Positions 19,121-30,291 are shown, counted from the first letter of the stretch. The stretch is DNA of 60,804 nucleotides from Candidatus Poribacteria bacterium (GCA_046582655.1 JAYGDX010000322.1:1-60804), one strand, 5' to 3'. Translations and numbers: made by a program. The notes: a model not told the origin generated them from the sequence alone.

Positions 19121-20428
19121 ATGGGTATTTTAGCATACATCGGGTTGGCGCTGTCCAGCCTGCGAAGAAATCCGTTAAGATCGGCGTTAACCATCCTCGG
19201 TATTGTGGCTGGAGTTTGCGCTGTGGTGGGGGTGGTTTCAGTCGGCGATGGATCCAGAGCCATGGTATTGCGCGAGATTGAGCGAACTGGTGGATTAAAT
19301 GTGATTGAGATATACAAAGACGCTTGGGACCGTCAGTCGGGGACCCTAAGCAATGCAGCCAGCCAAGTCACTAGACGGCGATGGCAACGCAATCGTGCTG
19401 AACCCCTGGAAACACCAGACGTGGAAGCGTTACTTGGAACTGTAGCCAACATCAATCTGGCCGTGCCTGAGGATGATTTTGGGGGAGTCAACTTAAATTA
19501 CAATGGACAGAGCAAACCTTCCCGCGTAGTGGCCACCGCCAGTGGGTATGATATCTTGCATAACTGGTATGTGGAGTCTGGTCGGTTTCTATCTGACGCC
19601 GATGACAGAGAAGCCAGGTCCGTTACCGTTATCGGTTTTAATGTTAAAGAAGAGCTCTTTGGTGATACTGACCCAATAGGAAAAGAGGTTAAAGCCACCC
19701 GACAAAGTTCGTGGAGGCGCGGAACTCGCTTCGATGTTCGGATGACAGTCATTGGAGTAATGGAGGAAAAAGGAGGGTCAATGGATACTGAAGGCTGGGA
19801 TGATCGTTTCATTATTCCAATTACTACCCTTCAACAACGCTTCAAAGGTCGAAAAGACATCGAGCGGATTCGGGTACAAGTCAGCGACTTAAATCTGGTT
19901 GAAAGTGTGACGGAAGATGCTAAGTTTATATTAGGCCGTCAGCACAACAACACTGGTGAAGAATACCAATACTGGACGGCCAAGGAAGAACTGGCTCAAG
20001 CCGAAAAAATGGGCACTATCATGAAACTGAGTATGGGTGCAATAGCTGGAATCGCCCTCCTCGTAGCCGGTATCGGTGTGATGAATATCATGTTGGTTTC
20101 GGTTACCGAACGCACTAAAGAAATCGGTTTAAGAAAAGCTGTCGGAGCCAAGAGAAGGGACATTCTGATCCAGTTTCTGATCGAAGCTATGGTCCTCACT
20201 TTCTCTGGTGGTATTATGGGTGCTTCGGTCGGCATTTTTGCCGGTAAAGGGTTTGCCTGGGTAATCACAAAATTTGTCTGGCCAGACAGTGGATGGCCAG
20301 CCGTTATCTCAACTCAGGCGATTATTCTGGCCTTGTCCGTTTCTATTGGCGTGGGTCTCTTTTTCGGGCTCTATCCAGCCAATAAGGCTTCCAAATTACA
20401 ACCAATTGAAGCCCTTAGATCCGATTAA
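19121..20428 (+). CDS. MacB/FtsX-family ABC transporter permease (second copy)
   Basis: NPLRSALTILGI, GIGVMNIMLVSVTERTKEIGLRKAVGA, LYPANKASKLQPIEALR. Confidence 0.93.
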   Translation: MGILAYIGLALSSLRRNPLRSALTILGIVAGVCAVVGVVSVGDGSRAMVLREIERTGGLNVIEIYKDAWDRQSGTLSNAASQVTRRRWQRNRAEPLETPDVEALLGTVANINLAVPEDDFGGVNLNYNGQSKPSRVVATASGYDILHNWYVESGRFLSDADDREARSVTVIGFNVKEELFGDTDPIGKEVKATRQSSWRRGTRFDVRMTVIGVMEEKGGSMDTEGWDDRFIIPITTLQQRFKGRKDIERIRVQVSDLNLVESVTEDAKFILGRQHNNTGEEYQYWTAKEELAQAEKMGTIMKLSMGAIAGIALLVAGIGVMNIMLVSVTERTKEIGLRKAVGAKRRDILIQFLIEAMVLTFSGGIMGASVGIFAGKGFAWVITKFVWPDSGWPAVISTQAIILALSVSIGVGLFFGLYPANKASKLQPIEALRSD

Positions 20429-20536
20429 GATCAGCAGAGAACGCAGGTTCTGAGGATATATCATCAGTAGAACACATCCTTAAGGTCTAGATTCTGACAT
20501 TTATATCAATTCAATGCAATCAATAAAGAATAGGCA

Positions 20537-22426
20537 ATGATGAATAGAAACAGTTTATTTTCATTAGTACTGGTGACACTAGCAATTGTTGGCATCTCCT
20601 GTAGCAACCAAAAGAGTGGAGGGCCCTCCCAAGCAGAACAGCGAATTGGCATTGTCAGGCGTGGTGATTTCCAAGAACGGATTAGCGCTACTGGTAACTT
20701 GGAAGCTTTGGTTGAGGTCGAAGTCAAATCCAATGTTGAAGGTGAAATTGTCAGCTTATTGGTTAACGAAGGTGACTATGTAGAGGCTGGCGCAGTCTTA
20801 CTCGAATTAGATCCCAAACGGATTATCGAAGATAAGCGTCAAGCTGAAGCCAATGTTGACGCGGCGGTAGCCAGTGTTAGGCAAGCCGAACTCAACACGG
20901 AACTGAAAAGAACACAATTGGCAACTCGGCTAACAGATGCAAGGAACAACTTCAAAATTGCCGAAACCAATTTAACCTCTACGCGGGCTGAGTCTGCATC
21001 AAGGCTGACACAGGCCGAAACCGATATTCAAACTACAAAGAACGCCTTAGAACAAGATCAACTTTCCTTAGAACAAGCCCGGCTAGCCTGGAATCAAGCC
21101 AAGCTGACTTTAGTCGATAACGAAGCTTCCTTGATATCGGCCAAGGTCAATCGCGACAACGCCGAGTCAGAAAGAGATCGAAATAAAGATCTGTTTGAGA
21201 AAAAGTTCGTTTCTAAAAGGTCTCTGGAAGAAGCCGAAACCCGATTTGCCAGTGCCTCTTCCCAATACAACAGTGCAAAACAACGTGTGGCCGCTCAAAA
21301 GCAATCGATTGAATCTCAAAAGAAAACTGTTAAAGTCAGAGAAAGTATCATTGGCACGCGGAGATCGACGCTTAAATACCAAGAGTTAAACTCCGAAAAG
21401 CTACGTGAAATGCGGAAAGCACAGGAACAACGCAGCCAACTTCAACTCGATATTGCCAAAACCCAACTCAATGAGGTCGGTGCGACAACTAAGCAAGAGC
21501 AGGTTATCTCAGACCAATCAAAGATCATTGCTGAAGCTGGACTCCTTCGCAACGAAAGTAGTCTTGAAACGGAAAAGGAGCGGCTCGACTGGACTACAAT
21601 TCGCGCACCGATCTCAGGTACGATCACATCACTAGAATTAGAAGAGGGTGAAATCGTCACTTCAGGCCGGTCGGCTTTCTCTCAAAGTCCACCCTTGATG
21701 ACCATTTCAGACCTCTCTCAGATGGTGGTTAAAACCTATATCAACGAAGTGGACATGGAAAAGCTGAAGATGGATCAACTAGCCGAAATTAAGAGCGATA
21801 CCTATAAAGGTAAAATCTATCAAGGTCGAGTGATGGAGATTTCGCCGATTGGTGTTGAGCGCGACAATATCATCAGCTTTGAAATTATGATTGAGGTTAT
21901 CGATTCCCCGCCTGAACTTCGACCGGGTATGAGTACAGACGTCGACATTATCACCTATGAAGAAAAAGCTGTATTACTAATTCCAATTGAAGCAGTACAA
22001 AGCGAAACAGCGATAACCGCTACAGCGCAAGTTGGAGCTAGTGCTAGCCGTTTCAAAAGCAAACAATCTGTTCAACTACAAAGTATAACAGGTAAGACCT
22101 TCAACGGAACAGTTATGAGTGTTCAAGATAGCCAATTGTCGATTAGCCTTGATTCAACCCAAAGAGGTCTGCGGCCGGGCTATCAAGTGTTTGCGATACT
22201 GGCCAAAAACCAGCAGATTCTTGATGGTGCCGCAACGACTATCAAGATCAAACGCGATAAATACGTCATGATAGACAGTAGCGAGCAACCAGCCCGAACC
22301 TCCATTAAGGTTGGAATGCAAAACGAAGTTGATGCTATTGTTCTCAGTGGGTTAAATGAGAAGGACCGAGTCCTGCTACAAAATCGAATGGCGCGTGGAG
22401 GAGGTCCTTCATGGGGTGGGAAGTAG
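20537..22426 (+). CDS. MacA-like periplasmic adaptor (membrane fusion protein), probable lipoprotein
   Basis: Signal ending GISC; ISATGNLE...VEVKSNVEGEI...GDYVEAG; long coiled coil; TIRAPISGTI; INEVD; LRPGMS. Confidence 0.9.
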   Translation: MMNRNSLFSLVLVTLAIVGISCSNQKSGGPSQAEQRIGIVRRGDFQERISATGNLEALVEVEVKSNVEGEIVSLLVNEGDYVEAGAVLLELDPKRIIEDKRQAEANVDAAVASVRQAELNTELKRTQLATRLTDARNNFKIAETNLTSTRAESASRLTQAETDIQTTKNALEQDQLSLEQARLAWNQAKLTLVDNEASLISAKVNRDNAESERDRNKDLFEKKFVSKRSLEEAETRFASASSQYNSAKQRVAAQKQSIESQKKTVKVRESIIGTRRSTLKYQELNSEKLREMRKAQEQRSQLQLDIAKTQLNEVGATTKQEQVISDQSKIIAEAGLLRNESSLETEKERLDWTTIRAPISGTITSLELEEGEIVTSGRSAFSQSPPLMTISDLSQMVVKTYINEVDMEKLKMDQLAEIKSDTYKGKIYQGRVMEISPIGVERDNIISFEIMIEVIDSPPELRPGMSTDVDIITYEEKAVLLIPIEAVQSETAITATAQVGASASRFKSKQSVQLQSITGKTFNGTVMSVQDSQLSISLDSTQRGLRPGYQVFAILAKNQQILDGAATTIKIKRDKYVMIDSSEQPARTSIKVGMQNEVDAIVLSGLNEKDRVLLQNRMARGGGPSWGGK

Positions 22427-22841
22427 TCTCCTTTCCATCGACTATTCGATTTGCTCGACAGTTTATTAAATTCTTTTTCATAAGCACTTTTCAGATTCAG
22501 ACACACTAGGCTATAAACAGCATATAGATACCGCTTCTGCTACGATGATAATCAACGACTGTCAATCCTCTCCCCCTCAGGTTCAGTCGTAATTTTTATT
22601 GGTGCAACGCAAGGCATCGACCTATCGATGTCCAACAATTAGCCACCGACAGTGCAAGGGGTCTTTTAGCTGATCTGCAACTTAGGAAAGCACAACGGGC
22701 TGTGGCTCAACTTTGCGCAAGCGGCCATGGAGCAAACTATCGTGCCAATTGCAGATCTGGTAAATGGCCAGCAGAAACATAGTGGCGTGTCCTAAAAGAT
22801 CAAAATCTCTAGAGATAAACATGTGATGATCGATGATGGCA

Positions 22842-23301
22842 ATTTCATGGTCTACAATCGTTGATCTATTAGCAATTTTGCCGTTTAATCTGGAATTCCT
22901 GCTTGTTGGAATTATCGATTGAAGATTCCTTCGAGCAGTCAGGCTTCTTCAAATTCCAAGAATTCCCAAGTTGCATTGGCACTCAAACTCCTTACCCTGT
23001 TAGGTAACACCATCCAGGAAAGAAGTAGCAATCTAGCTACTTCTTTTGCCCTAACTGCCATAATAATTCCTACCGCTTCATCTTTGATGTATAGTATCGA
23101 AAATATCGTGAATCCGGAAGAGTTTTCTGATATCGTATCTACGTTTTAGTGGGCAAATGCAATATTGACGATAATTAGGTACAGGGATGTTTACCCACGA
23201 CAGGGTGGGGAAAGTTTGTCAATGGATTAATGGCTATATTTTGTGTCGGCTTGGTCGCATTGTCGACAGCTATTATGAGTGTTGGGCTTCTGAAAAATTG
23301 A
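22842..23301 (+). pseudogene. Voltage-gated potassium channel (ion transporter) pseudogene, S3 to S6
   Basis: Across stops and frameshifts: IVDLLAILPF (S3), RFLRAVRLLQIPRIPKL (S4), ASSLMYSIENIVNPEEFSDI (S5/turret), F*WA..LTIIRYRDVYP (pore, canonical TTVGYGDVYP), TTGWGK...GLVAL (S6). Confidence 0.82.
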
Positions 23302-23505
23302 AGCCAGAAATCGGAAGAGAATGAAGGAATCCTCTTCCGATTTGACTAAGGAAAGAAACTCAGATAGAAATATCAATAACGGTGGAATCAGGAGACTCAA
23401 AATCCTCCTAATCCCTCACCGATCGGCTGAAGCAGCCATGAAACATCTTAGACCATTTTCCATAAACGGAAAAACTTGTGCCTATTCCAACCTGCAACAT
23501 ACTTT

Positions 23506-24636
23506 TTATCTCATCCGTCTATACCATATACGCGGCATCATCTCATGTAGTAGGATAGATAACACGCTAGGTCCCTCACGATGACGTGGTGCATCCAATT
23601 CTCGAATTTCTGACAGCAGATCGGTAGGCGCCAGCTCATGATCATAAAGCACACGCCACAATGCTCGTATAATCGGTGTCAAAACCTGCTTTCGTTGACT
23701 GATTTTATATACCGCGGCCAGAGTATCGAATCCTTCTACTGTACGGGAACCTAGTTGTTCAATCGTTGTCTGAAAGCAAGCTTCATGCGAGGAGGGTAAA
23801 TTGGCATCGTATGATTCAGCGTAGATTCGGCCAAACCGAAAGTTGCGACTGGCAGAGGTACAGGTGATAGCCAGATCGCCAAGTCCCGATCGGCCGGAGA
23901 AAGTCGACCAGCGTCCACCTAGGAGCAAACCGATTTCACGCATTTCAACCATCGATCGCGTAAACAGATCACCAGCCAAACTATCGCCCGTATTACAGCC
24001 TATAAGCATTCCCACCGCGATGGCAAATACATTTTTTAGCGCACCACCAAGTTCAACACCTCGAACATCACCAGTTGTTTTCACATCGAACAGAGGTGTT
24101 GTCAGCATCATTTGCAGATCTCGACGGACATCACGTTGTTTACAACCAAGCGTAAGCCCTATCGGCTTCCCCAGCACGACATCATGTGCGAAAGAAGGAC
24201 CGCTGAGTACAGCAAACGTAAAATCAGCTTTCATTTCCTGATTTACAACTTCGGACATAGTATTAAGTCCTTCGACTTCAACACCTTTTGCTAGATCCAA
24301 TAGCACGATACCAGACCGAAGATAAGGTTGTGCCTGACGGAGGAAAGACCGCAGACGCTGAGCGGGCACACCGAGAACAACCAAGTCAGCATTCACCAAG
24401 GCTTCCGACAATGAATTGACAGCTATCAGTTTAGGAGAGAGATGGAAATCCTGCAAACGTGAAGGATGTCTGTGCTGGGAATTAATTGAATCAATTACCG
24501 TTTCATCTCGACCATAGAGAATAATACCCCCATGTCGTTCCGAAGGCAATTCGGCCAAATAATGTGCAATAGCGGTTCCGAATCCTCCTGCACCAACTAC
24601 AGCAATACGTTGAAAGACTCTCTTGGTTTTTCTCAT
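23506..24636 (-). CDS. gpsA: NAD(P)H-dependent glycerol-3-phosphate dehydrogenase
   Basis: GAGGFGTAIA, KGVE, LSGPSFA, GVELGGALKNVFAIA, GLGDLAITC, SRNFRFG, VEG; likely start ATG 24636. Confidence 0.93.
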   Translation of the reverse strand: MRKTKRVFQRIAVVGAGGFGTAIAHYLAELPSERHGGIILYGRDETVIDSINSQHRHPSRLQDFHLSPKLIAVNSLSEALVNADLVVLGVPAQRLRSFLRQAQPYLRSGIVLLDLAKGVEVEGLNTMSEVVNQEMKADFTFAVLSGPSFAHDVVLGKPIGLTLGCKQRDVRRDLQMMLTTPLFDVKTTGDVRGVELGGALKNVFAIAVGMLIGCNTGDSLAGDLFTRSMVEMREIGLLLGGRWSTFSGRSGLGDLAITCTSASRNFRFGRIYAESYDANLPSSHEACFQTTIEQLGSRTVEGFDTLAAVYKISQRKQVLTPIIRALWRVLYDHELAPTDLLSEIRELDAPRHREGPSVLSILLHEMMPRIWYRRMR

Positions 24637-24904
24637 AACTTTTGTGAAATTGCACCTTTCATGCAATTGAAAAGTACTAACTGCCCAATACTCCAACAGA
24701 TGACGGTTTCAAAATTACAACACAACAGCAAAAAAACATAATTGATGGGCCCCACCACCGAATAACCAATCAATTTGATTCTATATATAACAAATATTTT
24801 CCGAGGTACTGTTAGCAAAGCAAAGTGTGTAATCTCTTGGACTTATTAAACGTTTTTTTTAGTATAAATTGCCTACATTTTCTTAGTTAGTAAGGATCCC
24901 CTTT

Positions 24905-25161
24905 ATGAAAATTAACTGTTTTCTTGCTGTTTGATTCTATCTCTCAGTTTTGGGTTATTCATTTGTTACCCTGCCGTTGCACTTCACACCGAATTTGATA
25001 ACAAAAAGGACATCGCTGACTGAGAACTAGGATCACAGACGGCAGCCAAAATCGTTGACGGCAAATTGGAGTTAAAAGCTGTTGGAGGTCAAAACTCAGG
25101 CATATACTTTGATGATAAAGCTTGGACAGATTATACCATGGAAATCCAAGCCCGAAAATAA
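24905..25161 (+). pseudogene. Relic N-terminus of a secreted DUF1080/concanavalin-like protein
   Basis: Broken signal peptide, then HTEFDNKKDIAD*ELG...KIVDGKLEL...IYFDDKAWTDYTMEIQARK*, resembling the DWPDYVFEVQV segment of the gene at 25805. Confidence 0.55.
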
Positions 25162-25176
25162 GGAGTGTACGCTATT

Positions 25177-25634
25177 AATATTGAAACCAAGTTACAACAA
25201 GCAGAAGAAATATACCAGCAAATCTAACACACAATTCCCAAAATGCAGAGGTGGTCCATCTTCTGAGTTTTATTGATTATCAAGTCGAAAAGTATAAGGC
25301 TACAACACACCTTAATCACTTAAGCTATAGAGATCAATTTAAACCAATCCTCACTTTTCAATAATCTGGGTCTTGTGTTACGGAAATGGGAGAAATTCGA
25401 GGGAGCCATTCAAGCTCTTCATCAGGCCGTGCTGATTAAACCTGATTCTGCTGGAATATACTGCAATTTAGATAATACGCTACATGAACAGAGGAAATTA
25501 GGATGGGTCAGCGTATGATAAAACTATCGAAATCCAGCCGAATTATGCCAAAGTTCAACGTAATTTTGGCATCATAATTATTGTTGAAAAACGATTTACA
25601 GTTAGGCTGGCAGAAAGCCGAAAAACGACATTAA
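25177..25634 (+). pseudogene. Relic TPR-glycosyltransferase paralog
   Basis: NIETKLQQA/EEIYQQI...VHLL...YQVEKYK...AIEIN...FNNLGLVL...QPNYAKVQRNFGII/LLLKNDLQLGWQ is collinear with the gene at 134-1019. Confidence 0.72.
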
Positions 25635-25804
25635 ATGGGAATCCATTAGACAGTTGTAAACAGACGCGTAGATTTTGATTGAATAGATGCGGAAATAGGC
25701 TGTTTCCATTTGATAAATTTAGTTAGCTGTATGATGATAACCAACATTTCAAATCAAAATTTCAGGAGAAAAGTATATCAATGTGATCAATATCTATAAC
25801 CTCT

Positions 25805-26481
25805 ATGCTCGTTTTTACCATTTTGGTTTGCCTATTTTATCAATTTGCCTATGGCTACGAAGAAACTTTTGAGAAAATACCAAAAGGTTGGAGTCCGGTT
25901 AAGGGAACAAAGTGGGGCATAAAAGATGCCACATATCATCAGAGCAATATTGCACGCAACCAATATAGCTTCTACGCAGTAGACGATCATGACTGGCCGG
26001 ACTACGTTTTCGAAGTACAAGTCAATCCTGTTTCTCCCAATAATTATGCTGGAGTTCTATGGAAGGTTCAAGTGGCAGGCGATGGTGGAGCAGCTTGGAC
26101 CTCTGGTAAATTTTTCACTACTGGTTAATCGGCATTGATGGTCATGGTGGCAACTATAGCAAGATTTGGGAAGCCAATGGAGGTGCTGGAGCCGCCGTAG
26201 ACGAAGATCCAGGGACTGTAATTCTCAAAAAAGGAAAATGGAACGACATTCGTCTTGAAGTAAATGGAGCTACTTTCAAAATGTATCTAAACGGAAAATT
26301 GCAAAAAGAGTATACTGATAAGGACAACCTACTGGAATGGGGAGGCATTGGTTTGGCTACCTACAACGCTGAATCACTTTTTGATAACATTAAAGTGGTT
26401 GGCAAAGGTGGTCCTGGTGGATTAGTTGTGAATCTACAGAGCAAACTAACCGTTAAGTGGAGCAAATTAAAACACCAATAG
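25805..26481 (+). pseudogene. Secreted DUF1080 (3-keto-disaccharide hydrolase-like / concanavalin fold) protein, single frameshift
   Basis: Signal peptide and DWPDYVFEVQV. A 1-nt loss at ~26117 (GKFF|YYWLIG) leads into GKWNDIRLEVNG...GGIGL...FDNIKV and the C-terminal VNLQSKLTVKWSKLK motif. Confidence 0.75.
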
Positions 26482-26693
26482 TTGAGCAAAATTTATTCAA
26501 AAAAGCTGCAATCGGAGCGATTCAATATTTTCGCGATTTGCTGATTGTCAAAGATCCAATACGCCTTTTGTAGGTTGCGGCAAGATAATGTACCGAAACC
26601 AATATTTTGAGGGTAGCCGCATTGCACATAAATCATCTTGATAAAAAACTGAAGAACCCCCAAATCTTGTGATATGAAATAAAGGAGAAAACA

Positions 26694-27719
26694 TTGAGGA
26701 CAAAGCAAATTGTCTTTACCGAACCATACAAGGCTGAACTGTTGGAATGCGAGATAGACGAGATCTTAGCGCCACACCAGGCGTTAGTCCAATCGGAATA
26801 TTCCATCATCAGTGCTGGTACTGAAGGTGCAGGTTTCACCGGGCTGATTCAAGAAATGCCGTTTGCCCACAATCCAAGCATGTACCCCCAAAATACAGGA
26901 TATGGTCATCTGGGTGAAGTTTTGGAAATCGGATCTGGCGTAACAATGTGCAAAAAAGGAGACCGAGTATTAAGCTTTTCCGACCACGCCTCATCAGTAA
27001 AAGCCGATGCGGTACGTTTTGCCTTGCCGGTGTCCAGAAACACTGCTGGCGAAAAAATTGTCTTTGCACGTATGGCAGGAGTCAGCATTAGTGCTATCAG
27101 GTCTTCAACCGTACAACCTGGAGATACTGTTTTAATTATTGGACTAGGTTTGGTTGGAAATTTCGCTGCACAGCTTTTCCAACTAGCTGGTGCGGAGGTG
27201 GTTGCATCGGAACTGAGCCCTCTTCGGATCGAAAAAGCGGAGGCTTGTGGAATTAGGAAAATCGTCAATCCGAATGAAACAAATTTGAAAGAATACGTCA
27301 TGGATTGGACGAGCGGTAAAGGCGTACACATTGCAGTAGAAGCGATCGGTATCAGCCAACTGATTGCTGAAGCGGTGATGCTAACCCGTAGCTATGGTGA
27401 AACCATCCTTCTTGGAAGTCCACGGGCAAAAGCTGTCTTTGATGTCACACCGATACTCTTGAGGATTCATTTGGAAGCAATCCGTTTAATAGGATCACTT
27501 GAGTGGAAGTGGCCACCACACGAAGTCAGTCGATGCCGGCATAATATTGTGGAGAATTATCGCCAGATAGTCAACTGGATCATGGAGGATAAGATTATCG
27601 TTGAACCGTTGCTCACCCATCTTGGCTCACCCCGAGATTGTCAGGAGATTTATACTGGCCTCACTTCAAAAAAGGATGAATATCTCTCTGCCGTATTTGA
27701 TTGGAATCTCCTAAACTGA
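26694..27719 (+). CDS. Medium-chain (zinc-binding-type) alcohol dehydrogenase family oxidoreductase
   Basis: SIISAGTE, GYGHLGEV, GDRV, GLGLVG NAD-binding motif. Confidence 0.88.
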   Translation: MRTKQIVFTEPYKAELLECEIDEILAPHQALVQSEYSIISAGTEGAGFTGLIQEMPFAHNPSMYPQNTGYGHLGEVLEIGSGVTMCKKGDRVLSFSDHASSVKADAVRFALPVSRNTAGEKIVFARMAGVSISAIRSSTVQPGDTVLIIGLGLVGNFAAQLFQLAGAEVVASELSPLRIEKAEACGIRKIVNPNETNLKEYVMDWTSGKGVHIAVEAIGISQLIAEAVMLTRSYGETILLGSPRAKAVFDVTPILLRIHLEAIRLIGSLEWKWPPHEVSRCRHNIVENYRQIVNWIMEDKIIVEPLLTHLGSPRDCQEIYTGLTSKKDEYLSAVFDWNLLN

Positions 27720-27842
27720 CATTAGTAAATAGCAAACAGAATCACTGGTGGTTTGCCCTGTTCCACTTTCTTTCACTAACTGCGTTTTCATCTTTAAACT
27801 AACAAAGGTCGTTTGGTCATTGGCTAAGGAGTATTAAGGATT

Positions 27843-28963
27843 ATGAAGAATCCAACGCAGAACGTTTTAAACTTTAGCAATGTTCCCTCTTTTACCAGCG
27901 GATTGCAGGAAGCCATTGATGCTCTGCCTGAAAGTGGTGGTGTTGTTGAGGTGCCTCCAGGAATTTATACCTTGCAACGTCATGTTCGGTTGCGAAACAA
28001 TGTGTTAATTCGTGGTTCAGGGAATGCCAGTCGGATCACACGTACGGCAGAGGTCTCTTCTCCGTTAGCCCAGGAAGCCAATGATGGAGATGTTGCTGTT
28101 CAGGTCGAGTCTGCAAAAGCATTTAATCCCGGGATGGAGATCAGCCAATCAACACGAATCGGCCATGTTTGCGTGAGAGAAATGGAACCGTCGCTCACGC
28201 ATTTTCAGCGTTTGTGGCTTGGGAAGTTCACGATTGTGGATTACAGTCTCTTTCTGTTGATGGTGGAGAGAGGTTCGATCAAAGTGTTTTTGCTGACTTT
28301 ACCATTTCTGCTATCCACTTTGTGCGGACAATTGATGCTCGTATTAGGGATTGTGTTGTCCGCCATTGGCCTGCAGACGGGGTTAGTGTACAAGGAGGAT
28401 CAGGAACTATAGTCACTAATTGTCTTAGTCAGGGTTGTTTGGGCCACGGGTTCCATCCGGGAACCTCTGTAAAACACAGCCTTTGGATAAACAATATTGG
28501 TCGAGAAAACGGGCGTGACGGTTTATACTTCTGCATGCACGTACGTCATTCAGTTGTCAGTAATAGTACATTCCATGGTAATGGTCGATATGGTATCGGC
28601 GGACTTGGAGATGGAGGGGATCAATATAACTTGGTTGCTAATAATACCTGCGTTGATAATGCCCGTCATGGTATTGAGGCCTCTGGTGGTAAAAACAATA
28701 CTATCAGCAGTAATATTTGTTTAAACAATTCTCAGGAAGAAGCAGGCAAATATAGCGGTATCGGACTTTGTGATGTAACTGGTATGACAGTAAACGCCAA
28801 CCGATGTCTCGATGATCAAGAGATTTCCACTCAAGGCTATGGAATTGAAGAAAAGGGTGAGAGCAATCAAAACCTAATCGTGGCTAACCATTGCCAAGGA
28901 AATCTTTGCGGTGGTATCATGACAATTGGCGACCGTACCAAATGCACGGAAAATTTGGAATAA
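27843..28963 (+). pseudogene. Right-handed parallel beta-helix (pectate lyase-like) protein, split
   Basis: N-part LQEAIDALPESGGVVEVPPGIY; C-part beta-helix repeats (GHGFHPG, NGRDGLYFC, NGRYGIG, NARHGIE) in another frame; junction near 28140-28175. Confidence 0.75.
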
Positions 28964-29037
28964 AATTGATACCGAAGTCGGGTTATCTTCTATACTGCCA
29001 CTATTTCAATTATGGAATGTAGGTGTGTGGAATCCAA

Positions 29038-30291
29038 CTATTCGCCAAAATAGCCTTGTTTGGCCCACACCTTTTTGGCTAGATCTTTAGCTGCAACTGA
29101 TGGTTCAATATCACCGAGAATGCTGCATGGCGGTTGACTATTTCCCTTACTCATTGGATCTGGCGACCAGACGTCGTTTTCATATTGCTTTCGCACCAAT
29201 TCGTCACGGAAATCCGGCACTTCGATTGGGGCAGAATCATCGAGGGCAGAACGCCAGGCCAGAATACCAACAATACTCATGTCAATACCACGGTAAACAT
29301 CTAGATACGGTTGTATCTCAGTCCGGATGGCTTGTGCAAAATGATAACTAGTAAAGAAATCCCCTCCACCGTGGCTAGTTTTGGCGGCTTGATTATGGTA
29401 AGTAGGAAACTCAGGTTTATAGACTGTCTCCACTAACTCATCTTCGTCTTTTTCCCATGGTTCGCGCCAGATGCGTAAACGGCTTTTATCGCCATGTCGA
29501 CAATTTTCCATAACCCCTTTGTTTCCATGAATCCGAACATAATTACCATGTCCACGCAACGTGCCATGTAGTGATTTCATGACTGCATCGTTGTTCATAC
29601 GACAGATGATGACTGCGCAAGTATCATGGCGTTTGGCGCTCATAGTCTGTGTTGGATCTCCAAAATCATAGGGAACAACGAACCCATTGACCTTGGTTGG
29701 TCGAGTATCTGTAATAAACATTACTGGCGCGATTGAATGAGTACAATAGTAGGTAGCAGGAATCCAGTTACGCCAATGATGCGAGCCGCAACTCCGCGCC
29801 AGTTTCACTTCAGCTGGATCCGGATGGACATATTCTCCTTCGCCATACTTGAATTCACCGACGCGATCTTCCTGATATAATCGACGCATCTCTTGATTAA
29901 AAACCATATACGGATAGTTCTCAACGAACATGTAGATCTTACCACTTCGCTCAACGGATCGGGCCAAAGCTACGCCCTCGGCTAAGGTATGACAAGCTGC
30001 ACACTCACTCATTACATGTTTGCCAGCGTCAAGGGCTTTTACTGCAAATGGTGCGTGTTGGTGAAAATAGTTGCATAGCACGACTGCATCAGTGTCGTGT
30101 TCCAAGAACTTATCGTAGTCGCTGTAGGTCGCAACATTGAGTTCCTTACCTAATTGACTCAGTCTTTCTTCCCAAGTATCACAAATAGCCACCAGTTCAA
30201 ATCCAACGACTTCTGCCATCCCCATATATGATCTTCCCCGCCCCGCACCCAAAACGCCGATGCGAATCGGTTTTTCATCAATGTTGACCAT
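29038..30291 (-). CDS. Gfo/Idh/MocA family oxidoreductase
   Basis: IRIGVLGAGRG, HQHAPFAVKALDAGKHVMSE, YYCTHS, HGGGDF. Confidence 0.9.
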   Translation of the reverse strand: MVNIDEKPIRIGVLGAGRGRSYMGMAEVVGFELVAICDTWEERLSQLGKELNVATYSDYDKFLEHDTDAVVLCNYFHQHAPFAVKALDAGKHVMSECAACHTLAEGVALARSVERSGKIYMFVENYPYMVFNQEMRRLYQEDRVGEFKYGEGEYVHPDPAEVKLARSCGSHHWRNWIPATYYCTHSIAPVMFITDTRPTKVNGFVVPYDFGDPTQTMSAKRHDTCAVIICRMNNDAVMKSLHGTLRGHGNYVRIHGNKGVMENCRHGDKSRLRIWREPWEKDEDELVETVYKPEFPTYHNQAAKTSHGGGDFFTSYHFAQAIRTEIQPYLDVYRGIDMSIVGILAWRSALDDSAPIEVPDFRDELVRKQYENDVWSPDPMSKGNSQPPCSILGDIEPSVAAKDLAKKVWAKQGYFGE

